A stretch of DNA of 64,000 nt from a virus. Location: the IMG/VR virus record IMGVR_UViG_3300017971_007885, positions 36,483-100,482 of that record. One strand, given 5' to 3'. Below the pieces are notes generated by a model. That model had not been told where the DNA came from, made no database searches, and saw nothing but the letters and a program-made list of their open reading frames with translations. The translations under genes and the position numbers were made by a program. Of this stretch, positions 1 through 9,091 are shown piece after piece; positions within the stretch are counted from its first letter, which is position 1, and every line of letters begins with the position of its first letter.

Positions 1-1
1 C

Positions 2-211
2 GCTCAGACGACAACCCAACTTGGAAAGGAATTTGCCCACAAGATCCGATTGGTTCAGGGGGCCGTGAATAGGTTACAGGCCAGATTATCAAGCGGCAAG
101 GGCAAAACGGCCAATATAGAGCGGGATCTTAGGCGATATGCCAGGCTGGCTACAGCCATTCGAGAAGAGTATAACCGATTGCTTGATGAGTTTTCAGGGG
201 CCGGGGTATGA
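2..211 (+). CDS. 3' end of a hypothetical protein (truncated by window edge)
   Basis: Open frame AQTTTQLGKEF...EFSGAGV* whose TGA overlaps the next ATG (ATGA at 208-211). Confidence 0.6.
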   Translation, partial: AQTTTQLGKEFAHKIRLVQGAVNRLQARLSSGKGKTANIERDLRRYARLATAIREEYNRLLDEFSGAGV

Positions 212-1245
212 ACCAAAGAGCGGCACTTGATCCTGAATCGTGTTCCAAGCACAGGGCTTGGTTTAATGGTTGGGTGGTCACCCAGAGGGGCGGGCCAGGC
301 TCTGGTAACTGGGGCCATAAGGGGCGGAAGGGGCAACGGGGTGGATCGTTGGCCAAGACAGGCGGGGCCGCCTTTGCCCTTTACCGGTACATGCGCAAAA
401 AGAAGGCCGGATTATCAAGCCCCGCCGCCAAAGCCGTGATCGATGGGATCAAGGCCCAGAGGCCGGATGCCACGGATGCCGGGATCGAGATGTATCTAGA
501 CACGATGGGTATGGACCGTGAAAAGTTCGACTATTATGGCGAAAAGTTGGGCTTGGATGTGGATGCGCTCCGGGATCCGTTTTTTGCCGAGATAGGCGAA
601 ACAGACAAGGCCATGGAACGGCTCAAGATGCAGATCCAGGACAAGGCAACCTATCAATGGATCGGCACGAGTGGCAAAAAGTTTGTGGCCTTTTCTCAGG
701 AAACGCCAGATGATATATGGGAAAAGGTCAAAACGCCGGTAGGGACCACTTCAGCCGATGCGATCGACAAGCTGAAGAGCCAGGGGATCAAGGTCAATAT
801 ACAGGGTGACGTAAAAGAAGAGCGGTTGCATCGGGAGTTATCGCAATTATCCAACTTGCTTCAGGAAAAGCCCATTCTGCAAAAGATCTTTACTTCCCAA
901 GGGGGCCGGGTAGACTACCGGGAAAGGCCGCCCCACAAGCCAACGGCTTCAGCTTCTTATGAATTTGACAAGATCGTGGTGTGGGCTGGAGAAGACGACT
1001 TTCCCAACTTTCCCAACGTATGGGCTCACGAGATAGGCCATGCGACGGCCAAAATGGCCAGTGTCAAGGATATGGCCAAAGTGTTTGGCCGGGGTCGTCA
1101 CGTAAGCGCCTATGCCTGGACTAACTTCCAAGAGGACTTTGCGGAAACATTCACAAGCGTGATCTTTGGGGACCAGAAAGCCCAGAGTTTTGCAGGTCCG
1201 GACAAGGTTGGTTTTATCAATGACCTATTGGCGAGGGTACAATGA
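208..1245 (+). CDS. Head-associated protein with GGPGSGNWGH motif and C-terminal zincin metallopeptidase
   Basis: GGPGSGNWGHKGRKGQRGGS motif typical of phage head/MuF-associated proteins; AHEIGH (HExxH) plus YAWTNFQEDFAETF. Confidence 0.75.
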   Translation: MNQRAALDPESCSKHRAWFNGWVVTQRGGPGSGNWGHKGRKGQRGGSLAKTGGAAFALYRYMRKKKAGLSSPAAKAVIDGIKAQRPDATDAGIEMYLDTMGMDREKFDYYGEKLGLDVDALRDPFFAEIGETDKAMERLKMQIQDKATYQWIGTSGKKFVAFSQETPDDIWEKVKTPVGTTSADAIDKLKSQGIKVNIQGDVKEERLHRELSQLSNLLQEKPILQKIFTSQGGRVDYRERPPHKPTASASYEFDKIVVWAGEDDFPNFPNVWAHEIGHATAKMASVKDMAKVFGRGRHVSAYAWTNFQEDFAETFTSVIFGDQKAQSFAGPDKVGFINDLLARVQ

Positions 1246-1439
1246 CCACGGTGCGGATTATTCCATGCCAGGAACGTGGTTGCCGGTGGCTCCGAGATCC
1301 AAAAGGGCCATTGGACGATCCGGTTTTTGTGTGTTACGCATTTCCGAACGGGATACCCGAAGAGATCCTAAACGGCAAAAACGATCACACAAAGCCCTAT
1401 CCGGGCGATGATGGTTTTATGTTCCAGGCGGAAGAGTAG
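1242..1439 (+). CDS. Small Cys-containing phage protein (CxAFPxGIP...DHxxPYPGDxG family)
   Basis: CYAFPNGIPEEILNGKNDHTKPYPGDDG motif, often seen after MuF/toxin-like head genes; ATGA coupling. Confidence 0.65.
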   Translation: MTTVRIIPCQERGCRWLRDPKGPLDDPVFVCYAFPNGIPEEILNGKNDHTKPYPGDDGFMFQAEE

Positions 1440-1717
1440 TGCTTGATCGATTGGCGTATTTCTTCCACCCATTCCTTGGCGTTGACCTGGACGCCGGTCA
1501 GATCGAGCGAGTTGGACACGACGAATAGACCATATAGGGTTTGGATCACAGATTCGATTTGATCGGCTGAATAGGCGGCCAATGCCGGGCCGATCTCTCG
1601 GGCAAGGCGCATGTTGCGCTCTTTGCGTGTGACTGCTACACTGGGGAAATAAAAAGAATGTGCCCCCGGCGCTTTCAGTGCTTCACGCATCTTTGACACG
1701 TATTCTTGCAGTTTCAT
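1397..1717 (-). CDS. Hypothetical protein, antisense moron-like gene with its own promoter
   Basis: SD GAAGGGAG before ATG; extended -10 TGGTATAAT on the minus strand at 1740-1748. Confidence 0.55.
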   Translation of the reverse strand: MKLQEYVSKMREALKAPGAHSFYFPSVAVTRKERNMRLAREIGPALAAYSADQIESVIQTLYGLFVVSNSLDLTGVQVNAKEWVEEIRQSIKHYSSAWNIKPSSPG

Positions 1718-1754
1718 GTGTGCTCCCTTCTATAAGGGAATTATACCATGAAAA

Positions 1755-4010
1755 ATGGATAAAGGTAAAACTATGGAGCCCAGATCAAACGATCAATTGG
1801 CCACGATGGCCAAAAAAGAATCATTGGCCCTTGCCCAAAAGGCCAGTGCGCCAAAATCATCGATCCAGCTTCGAGTAACCGATCCGGCAAAGTTGGCCGG
1901 CGGTTGGAGTTCGGGCTTGACCAATTTTGTGAACCTCTTGGCCGGTCAAGATCAAGGGTGCCCGCCATGGTCGTGCCCATTGCGCCGGGCTGACTATTTG
2001 GAATCGGTTTGGCGTAATGATAGCCGTCTATCAGGTGTGATCTTTACGATGGTTTCACGGATCGCTTCACTGGGGTGGGCCATTGTGGGGCCGATCAAGA
2101 AATTAAGACGTTGGTACGATATGCTTGCGTGGGCAGATGAAGAGGGATGGACTCAGTTTATCAAACTGTTTTTTGCCGACTATCTGACCACGGATGAAGG
2201 CGGGATTCTGGAAACAACCCGGAGCTTTTATCCCCGTGGTCCGCTCGTTTCTTTGTGGAATATGGACGCCAGGCACGCCATACCGGGACCGGTCACGTTG
2301 CCCGCAAAAACTGAAGTGGCCGGAAAGAGCACCAAGATGAAGTCTTGGCCGCTTATTTTCAAAGATCAAGATCATTGGAAGGGACTCAAGAAAGGGCAAT
2401 TTTTGCGCGTGGCCTCACTTCCGACCACGGACCAATTCAGACGGCGCATGGGGTTCTGTTTTATGTCTAGAATCTTGCGCTATGCCGCTCTAGCCGATGC
2501 CATGCTAAAGTTTCAAGAAGAGCGGGTGTCAAACTTGCCCCCAGAGGGGATCGCCACGATCTCAGGACTAACCAGGCCACAGGTCGAGAAGGCCATGCAG
2601 GAATACACCCTTCAGCGCAAACAAAAAAACCAGTTGACATGGCCGGGCGTGCTTTGGTTGGTATCCAATACCTATGGTCAGGAATGCAAGGTAGCTTTTA
2701 CAAGCTTTCGCCAGGTGTGGGAAAACTTTAGTGATCGGGAAGCAAACGAGGTTTTTTCTAAAGTCGTGGCACTGGATGCCGGGATCGATGTATCCGAGAT
2801 ATGGCAAGTGGAATTCCACGGGGCAACAAAGGCCGCTTCTTGGCTCCAGCACAAAAAGAGCTTGGGCAAGGGATCGGCTGAATTTATCGTGGAATTCGAG
2901 CGATGGATCGCCAGGAACACGCCTCAAGATATCGCTTTCCGCTTTGACACGCCGGACGACGAACAGGACGTGACGCATGAGCGGATCCGGCAAATGCGAA
3001 TTAAAAACATCAAGGAGCTTTGGGTACCGCCTCAAGGACAAGAAGAAGGACTGCTTACAAAAGAACAAGCTCTTGAGTTATTGGCCATGGAGCAGGTTAT
3101 ACCCAACTATATGGCCGCCCCAACTATAAGCACGGTGACTGACATTATCAAAAGCAACACAGGGGGGACCATTGGCCGGATGCACTTTCCTTCAGGGGCT
3201 ATCGAGATTGACCGGCCATATTGGCAACTTGATGCCACGATGCTGACAGCCGCCGATCTTGACCTGGAGCCGGTCAACCGGAATGATCCGGGGATCGATG
3301 CCTTGCTAGATGAAGCATCCCCAGAGTTGGCCACTCAACTAATCCCGATCGTCAAGCGGTGGGAAGACCTGAACGAGCGACTTAGGAGAGTGCTTGATCT
3401 ATGGCAAAGGGATATAATAAGCGAGTTGGAAGGCAACCCGGATATTTTGGCAGATCCAAACTACTGGAGCGGATGGGGCGATCAAATCTCAGATGCTCTT
3501 ATGCCCGCCTTTTATCAATCGGCACTCGAAGGCGGCATGAGTGTACTATCTCAACCCGGTCTAGATGTAAGCTTTGATCGGGTCAATCAAGTGGCCAGGC
3601 AGGTAGCACAAGAAGAGATGTTTGGCATGGTCAGCTTGACAGGCAATGAAAGCATAGTGCGATCACGCCGGGAACTGCTTGATCAAGTGCGCAAGGACTT
3701 GGCCACGGAAAAGATCGCTTGGACAGATGTGGAAGGGCGGCTTGCCCCCTACTTTGGAGCGGGCCGGGCACGTATGATTGCCGTGTCCGAGAACACCGAT
3801 CTATGGGCCGGGGCTCAGTTACGAACGGCCACGGGTGCAGGGCTCACGGAAAAGAGGTCTATCCGGGCTGACATTGGCCGGGTATGCCCAACCCACATAT
3901 GTGACGATGCGCAAGCGGCGGGGTGGGTGCCGATCGATGAAGAGATCGTGCCGGGTCATAAGCGCCCAAGATACCATCCTATGTGCTATTGTTTCACTCA
4001 ATACCGCTAA
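1755..4010 (+). CDS. Portal protein fused to a MuF/minor head morphogenesis domain
   Basis: Portal-sized helical N-terminal region at the start of the head module; C-terminus RARMIAVSE...CPTHIC...YHPMCYC is the MuF (SPP1 gp7-like) signature; alternative start 1773. Confidence 0.75.
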   Translation: MDKGKTMEPRSNDQLATMAKKESLALAQKASAPKSSIQLRVTDPAKLAGGWSSGLTNFVNLLAGQDQGCPPWSCPLRRADYLESVWRNDSRLSGVIFTMVSRIASLGWAIVGPIKKLRRWYDMLAWADEEGWTQFIKLFFADYLTTDEGGILETTRSFYPRGPLVSLWNMDARHAIPGPVTLPAKTEVAGKSTKMKSWPLIFKDQDHWKGLKKGQFLRVASLPTTDQFRRRMGFCFMSRILRYAALADAMLKFQEERVSNLPPEGIATISGLTRPQVEKAMQEYTLQRKQKNQLTWPGVLWLVSNTYGQECKVAFTSFRQVWENFSDREANEVFSKVVALDAGIDVSEIWQVEFHGATKAASWLQHKKSLGKGSAEFIVEFERWIARNTPQDIAFRFDTPDDEQDVTHERIRQMRIKNIKELWVPPQGQEEGLLTKEQALELLAMEQVIPNYMAAPTISTVTDIIKSNTGGTIGRMHFPSGAIEIDRPYWQLDATMLTAADLDLEPVNRNDPGIDALLDEASPELATQLIPIVKRWEDLNERLRRVLDLWQRDIISELEGNPDILADPNYWSGWGDQISDALMPAFYQSALEGGMSVLSQPGLDVSFDRVNQVARQVAQEEMFGMVSLTGNESIVRSRRELLDQVRKDLATEKIAWTDVEGRLAPYFGAGRARMIAVSENTDLWAGAQLRTATGAGLTEKRSIRADIGRVCPTHICDDAQAAGWVPIDEEIVPGHKRPRYHPMCYCFTQYR

Positions 4011-4030
4011 GCATCATAGAAAGATTGTCA

Positions 4031-5035
4031 ATGCCTAGAAAAGCAACTAGAATACAAAAAGTCTGTAAAGTTTGCGGTGAACCATTTGAAGTGCTCCCAA
4101 GTAGAGCCAAGAAGCGGTTTTGCTCCAAGTCATGCGCCGCCAAAGTAAACCGCAAGACTAAAAATCCAGTGTTTGTAAAGTGTCAACAATGTGGCGTAGA
4201 ATTCCAGGTGCCACCAAGTAGAAGAGATGCCAAGTTTTGTTCCAAAGAGTGCTATGGAGAATCCAAGAAGGGCATAGTGCCGGATGTAAAAGGCAAGCAT
4301 TGGTGGAATTCGGAGCCGGTCACTTTGGAATGTGAGCAGTGCCACGCACCGTTTCAGGTGCCAGAATCACGGAAAGGCACGGCGCGTTTTTGCACAAAAA
4401 CATGTGCCGATCTTTGGAGAGTAGGCCGGGATAGACCAGAAATGAAGCGCCAGGTCCAGGTAACTTGTGAACAGTGCGGCAAGACATTTTCAATCAATGC
4501 CGCCCAAACAGAACGGCGCTTTTGTTCTCGGGGTTGTCGTGCTCTATGGCTTGGTGAACTGCAAGCGGGCCAGGATCATCCAGGTTACAACAGTGAAGAG
4601 CGGGCTTGTTTGCAGTGCGGGAAGCCGATCCAGGTAACCAAGGGGTACAGAGAAAAGGGATGGGGTCAGTTTTGCAACCGGCAATGCCAGGCGCTCTATC
4701 AAGTGGGAGCCAATAGCCCGGCATGGAAGGGCGGCTTGTCTTTTGAGCCGTATCCCCCCGAGTTTAACGATCGGCTGAAGCGCCCGGTGTGGGCACGGGA
4801 TCGGGGTATTTGCCGGTGTGGATGTGGCCAACCCGGTGCCGATGTGCACCATGTGGACTATGACAAGGAAAACAACAGCTTGGGCAACTTGGTGCTTTTG
4901 GCCAAGTCATGCCACGGCAAAACGAACTTCAACCGGGAGCACTGGACGGCATTTTTCCAGGCCCAACAAGAGGGATTATCAAATGCCATACCCAAACGAG
5001 CACGCCGCAAGGCTCAACAACCCGGACAAGTATAA
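4031..5035 (+). CDS. HNH endonuclease with tandem Zn-ribbon repeats
   Basis: Five CxxCGxxF...FCSxxC-type repeats, then RDRGIC...DVHHVDYDKENN...LLAKSCHGKTN. Confidence 0.85.
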   Translation: MPRKATRIQKVCKVCGEPFEVLPSRAKKRFCSKSCAAKVNRKTKNPVFVKCQQCGVEFQVPPSRRDAKFCSKECYGESKKGIVPDVKGKHWWNSEPVTLECEQCHAPFQVPESRKGTARFCTKTCADLWRVGRDRPEMKRQVQVTCEQCGKTFSINAAQTERRFCSRGCRALWLGELQAGQDHPGYNSEERACLQCGKPIQVTKGYREKGWGQFCNRQCQALYQVGANSPAWKGGLSFEPYPPEFNDRLKRPVWARDRGICRCGCGQPGADVHHVDYDKENNSLGNLVLLAKSCHGKTNFNREHWTAFFQAQQEGLSNAIPKRARRKAQQPGQV

Positions 5036-5285
5036 GCGAGTGCGCCGGGTCAATAACAAATTTGGTCCAGGGATCCATGCCATCTTTGGCTTTACGGGTT
5101 CAAAGCAGGACGGCGGTGGTGAACTGCAAGCAATCCGCTTTGATCGCTCCAAGTATACACCCAAACAGGCACGGAAGTGGCTCAAAGAGCACGATTACAA
5201 GGCTATGCTGGAAGAGGCCACAAAACCAAAGGCCGCTCCGGTCAAGAAGAGCGCATGGTTTATGGGTTGGCACGTAACCCGATAG
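4983..5285 (+). CDS. Head-associated small protein (MPYPNEHAARL domain)
   Basis: MPYPNEHAARL...ELQAIRF...ARKWLKEH domain, commonly fused to phage prohead proteases. Confidence 0.6.
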   Translation: MPYPNEHAARLNNPDKYKRVRRVNNKFGPGIHAIFGFTGSKQDGGGELQAIRFDRSKYTPKQARKWLKEHDYKAMLEEATKPKAAPVKKSAWFMGWHVTR

Positions 5286-5295
5286 GGGATTATCA

Positions 5296-5796
5296 ATGGC
5301 TTGGGACGTGATCGATGAAGGGCAAGAATACGAGATTGATCTTGATGAATTCGACGTGGCGATCGGGAAGGCGCTCCAGAGAGCGGCCAACGTGGTCCGC
5401 ACCCCTTTGGCTACGCCGCCCACCAAAAAGCCAGGGGAAAAACACCTTGCCGGGCCATTGCCAGGCGGATTTTACACGAACCGCCAACGAAAGTTTGTGC
5501 TTGCCGGGATCCGGAGCGGGGCCATCAAGGTGCCTTATCTCAGGACTGGAAACTTGCCACGATCTTGGTCTATCTCAGATCCCGAGAAGGATGGCAAGGA
5601 TCTGACCGTTACCATCTTTTCGGATATTACAGAAGCGCCATATAATGAGTGGGTCCAGCAGGACAACAGAGCGGCAAAGCGCCGCCAGGTGCCCATGCAT
5701 AAGGATTGGCCGGTGCCCAACGATGTAGCAGATAGGAACGAGAAAAAAGTAAGCCAGATCCTGGAAGACGAAATGAAGCATTGGGGCGGTGCATAA
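5296..5796 (+). CDS. Neck/head-completion protein (HK97 gp10-like)
   Basis: YLRTGNLPRSW...APYNEWVQ motif; position in head module. Confidence 0.55.
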   Translation: MAWDVIDEGQEYEIDLDEFDVAIGKALQRAANVVRTPLATPPTKKPGEKHLAGPLPGGFYTNRQRKFVLAGIRSGAIKVPYLRTGNLPRSWSISDPEKDGKDLTVTIFSDITEAPYNEWVQQDNRAAKRRQVPMHKDWPVPNDVADRNEKKVSQILEDEMKHWGGA

Positions 5797-5999
5797 TGGC
5801 GGACACTAGAAAAACCGTCCGGCTTGGCCCGGAAGAGATGCAGCTTATACAGAAACTTAGGGTATTGCGGCGGAGCGATATCCATGGTATAATGGTAGTT
5901 AAATGGGAGCCATCGGCTCTTTCTATAGTCACGAAGACAGGCCAGATCGTTACCTACGAGTGCGGGAAACGCCGCACATCCGGAAACGGCACTATCTGA
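5796..5999 (+). CDS. Small hypothetical protein preceding an intra-operon terminator
   Basis: TAATG coupling to the upstream gene; 67 aa. Confidence 0.55.
   Translation: MADTRKTVRLGPEEMQLIQKLRVLRRSDIHGIMVVKWEPSALSIVTKTGQIVTYECGKRRTSGNGTI
5865..5893 (+). promoter_or_regulatory. Putative sigma70-type promoter
   Basis: TTGCGG-N17-TATAAT with extended TG. Confidence 0.45.
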
Positions 6000-6030
6000 C
6001 CACCCAACCGGATCGGTATAGCCGATGACG

Positions 6031-6064
6031 CGGGCATGCGCTTTACGGGCGCATGCCCGTTTTT
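6031..6064 (+). terminator. Intrinsic terminator inside the head operon
   Basis: CGGGCATGCGC-TTTACGG-GCGCATGCCCG-TTTTT. Confidence 0.75.
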
Positions 6065-6086
6065 GCGTTTTGGGAGCAGGTGCATA

Positions 6087-6665
6087 ATGCAACACGGCAG
6101 GGCCATGGTGGCATTCTTTTTGCCCCAGTACGCGAGTGAACAACTGGACTCATTCAAGGAGCACTTTCCGCCAGGCTCTGAAGTGACGCCGCTTCAGGAT
6201 TATCATATCACCTTGGCCTATATGCCGGAAGTCAAGGATAAAGAGCTTTTGCGTGAAGTAGTCCGGGGGTTTGCACAAAACGAGCACCCAATATCCGGAC
6301 AGATCGGTGGTATCGGGCGTTTTGCCCACGATGAAAAGGGTACAAACCCATTTTACACGTCTTTTGATGCTCCAGTGTTGCCAGGCTTCCGCCAAAGGCT
6401 AGTAGAAAAGCTTGGCCAATACGGCATTGCGGTTTCAGAATTGCACGGCTTTATTCCACATTGCACCATGGCCTACATTCCAGCCAACACACACAACCCG
6501 GCCCTTGTGGTGCCATATATCGGGGTCACTTTTGATTGCATTTGGTTAGCATCCGACGATGATCGGGAACGGTTTCCGTTGGTATCCACGACGATGGAGC
6601 TAAAAAAAAGACTCGGGCCAAGAGCAAAAGCCCTTGCAGGAGTGATAGAGTATGCCAAGTCCTAG
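6087..6665 (+). CDS. 2H phosphoesterase (2'-5' RNA ligase/Acb1-like)
   Basis: Two HxT motifs, DYHITLAY and FIPHCTMAY; SD GGAGCAGG. Confidence 0.85.
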   Translation: MQHGRAMVAFFLPQYASEQLDSFKEHFPPGSEVTPLQDYHITLAYMPEVKDKELLREVVRGFAQNEHPISGQIGGIGRFAHDEKGTNPFYTSFDAPVLPGFRQRLVEKLGQYGIAVSELHGFIPHCTMAYIPANTHNPALVVPYIGVTFDCIWLASDDDRERFPLVSTTMELKKRLGPRAKALAGVIEYAKS

Positions 6666-7095
6666 TAAGCCATGGTTAGCAAGAGTGCTTGTAGCAATCG
6701 AGCAATTATCTGGTGCGATCGGGGGCGGAAGCGGATCCGCGATCGGGGTGAATCTGGAAGATATCATTGGTGCGGATGCCAATGCCAACTTTGTGGATGA
6801 GCCGGCGGCCAACACAGCGGCGGTTGTGACATTGGCCGCTCCAGGTGCCGGAGTACGTAACGTGATCGGTGTGATTGGTTGGTCCTATGATGGTGAACCG
6901 GCCAATGGTTCTTTAACAATTGCATCCGGGGGAGCCGACTTTTTCAAGATCGACATAACAACCAGTGGGCCGGGCTTCTATCCTTTTTTGCCCCGCCCCT
7001 TGCGTCTTCCAGCGGGCCAGGCCGTGACGATCACCCTATCGGCGGCAGGAGTTGGGATCAGCGGGATTGTCAATACCCATGCCTGGACAGAGTAG
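6652..7095 (+). CDS. Putative virion structural/decoration protein
   Basis: Ala/Gly-rich beta-type sequence; overlaps the upstream stop. Confidence 0.5.
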   Translation: MPSPSKPWLARVLVAIEQLSGAIGGGSGSAIGVNLEDIIGADANANFVDEPAANTAAVVTLAAPGAGVRNVIGVIGWSYDGEPANGSLTIASGGADFFKIDITTSGPGFYPFLPRPLRLPAGQAVTITLSAAGVGISGIVNTHAWTE

Positions 7096-7104
7096 GGTGG
7101 AAGA

Positions 7105-7347
7105 ATGGTTATTCGCTATTGGTGGCTTGCAAGACTCATTCAAGCACTTTCTATTTTCGGGCGTTGCGGGACTATTGGCGTATTGCTTGACCTGGATCAT
7201 GTGTTGGTTCTCTTACTCGAAGGGAAGCCCCTCACGTGGGAGAACCTTTGCACGAATTCAGGCAGACCGTTCCATATCCCGGCTGTGTTGGTCAGCGGCG
7301 GTGTTTTTTGCATTTCTTGTGCATTGCGTACAGGACGGGCTAATTAG
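7105..7347 (+). CDS. Small membrane protein with DLDH motif
   Basis: Hydrophobic segments; GVLLDLDH...RPFH resembles metal-dependent membrane hydrolases; abuts the next ATG. Confidence 0.4.
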   Translation: MVIRYWWLARLIQALSIFGRCGTIGVLLDLDHVLVLLLEGKPLTWENLCTNSGRPFHIPAVLVSGGVFCISCALRTGRAN

Positions 7348-9087
7348 ATGAGCTTATCACTGACAGGGATGCAAGGTCTTCATGGCCTCATAGGTAGAGT
7401 GCGGTGGTTGTTGCGGGATGACTTTTGCGACACGAGAGCGGCCGGCGCTGTCGATGGCACCCCGGCCACGCCTGGACCTGGAACGAGAACGGTGGTTGAC
7501 ACGGGCAATCACATGTCTGTGAATGGAGATTTTTTGACCACAGATGGGTCCGTTGCAACAGGAGATCCACGATGCTACTACAATGTTGTGTTTACTAGAC
7601 AGGCCGGTCTAGTAGCTCTTTGTGATATTGAAACGAATTCACGGATCTATTTTGGATTTGATAGTGGCGTCGGGGCAGAGCCAGATCTAGCCGCCTTGTC
7701 GTTTAACGGAACGCCTCTTTTTGCTTGGGATGGTGGAGTGGCACGCCAGGTTGGAACCATAGTTCTTGGTGCAAAGTATAAACTGGGCATTGTGTTGCGC
7801 ACATCAGGGCTGTACTGTTTCATCAAAGGACAAGCATTCACACATTGGACACTATTGTGGTTCAGTGCCGCAAATAATACAGCAAATTTGTATCTAGGGG
7901 CTTGTGGACGAACAGGCACACTGGATAGTGATTTTATCCGTGTCCCAGACGCCCTATGGCTCCCAAACCCGCTTGCCCATGACTCTTTCACTCGTGCCAA
8001 CGGGCCGCTAGGATCAACGGAAGATACAGGGCCAGATGGACAACCGTCAACGATCAGGGTGTGGCAGTTGGGTGGGGCGACATGGGCCGTGAGTGCAAAT
8101 GAAGCCGTCAACACGCCAACGTTGGGATCGGAAGAATTGACCAACGGTAACTTTACAGCCTGGACCGGGGATGATCCGGATAATTGGTCCGTTTTACTTG
8201 AGGATGTGAACAACTATGTCACCGAAAATCCGGCCAACAACGCACAAGTTGTGTCGGACGGATCAGCAGGTGTCAATCTCCGGCAGTCTTGCATGGGCGA
8301 AGGGTGGTTTCGCATTCAAGCGGTCGTTTCTGCACATGCCGTTGGCGGGCTTAAAATCTACAACACTGATGGGGAATGGATTTTTCAAAGCGGAAAACCC
8401 AATGCGGTTGGAACGTGGGAGAGTAGCCAATACAACAGCGGTGTAGGAATGTCGCTCATCGTCCAGGCGGCGGCGGCCTGTGATATCACGCTTGATAGTG
8501 TCAGCGTGAAACGGCTGACCACAAAAGAGCTATTCTCAGCCGTGCAAGTAGCAACGGCAGATGTACTTGCCAGTGTCGAGATTGACGCAATGCCAGTTTC
8601 AGGAACTGAATATGCCCAGGCCGGCCTTATGCTCAACCTTGACGATCCGGACAACCCGCAAAACTATGTGTTAGTCCTTATGGATACAGCACCGTTGTCA
8701 CTCGGATTTGTGCGAATTCACAAGTGGGTAGCCGGGGTGAGGACGAATGTTGCAAACACAAGTGTTGCTTATGTACCCGGCGCAACGCTTGTAGCCGTTA
8801 AGGATGGCACATCCTATTCAGTGTACTATAACAACTCGCTCGTAGGAACGACACAGACCATTGCTGATGCCGGGATTATCAATAACACGTTACACGGCAT
8901 GTTCAGCACGCACGAAGACAACCAGTTAGACAACTTTCAGGTGTTCGCTCGTGGAACAGGTAACGAGTACAACCGGCTGGATGCGTGGTCATTTGACGGC
9001 AATTGTGCTGCCTGTGTTTGACTGCTTTTAATGGAATCAGGCGATTTCCTACTACTCGAAAGCGGGGACAAGATTTTATTGGAGTAA
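7348..9087 (+). CDS. Virion carbohydrate-binding/decoration protein; UGA at 9019-9021 probably recoded (candidate Sec), extending the ORF from 9021 to 9087
   Basis: Beta-rich CBM/lectin-like modules; after ...NCAACV-TGA the frame continues LLLMESGDFLLLESGDKILLE* and ends 4 nt before the next ATG. Confidence 0.65.
9033..9049 (+). promoter_or_regulatory. Bacterial SECIS-like hairpin
   Basis: GGAATC-AGGC-GAT(T)TCC, 11 nt after UGA; same spacing and length as the E. coli fdhF minimal SECIS. Confidence 0.55.
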
Positions 9088-9091
9088 AACG

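Noticed and set aside
5997-6087. TGA of 5796-5999 is in frame with the 2H gene and followed by a hairpin (possible third Sec site)
   Set aside because: No Cys-like context, the hairpin loop does not resemble a SECIS, a terminator intervenes, and the 2H gene has its own SD and ATG
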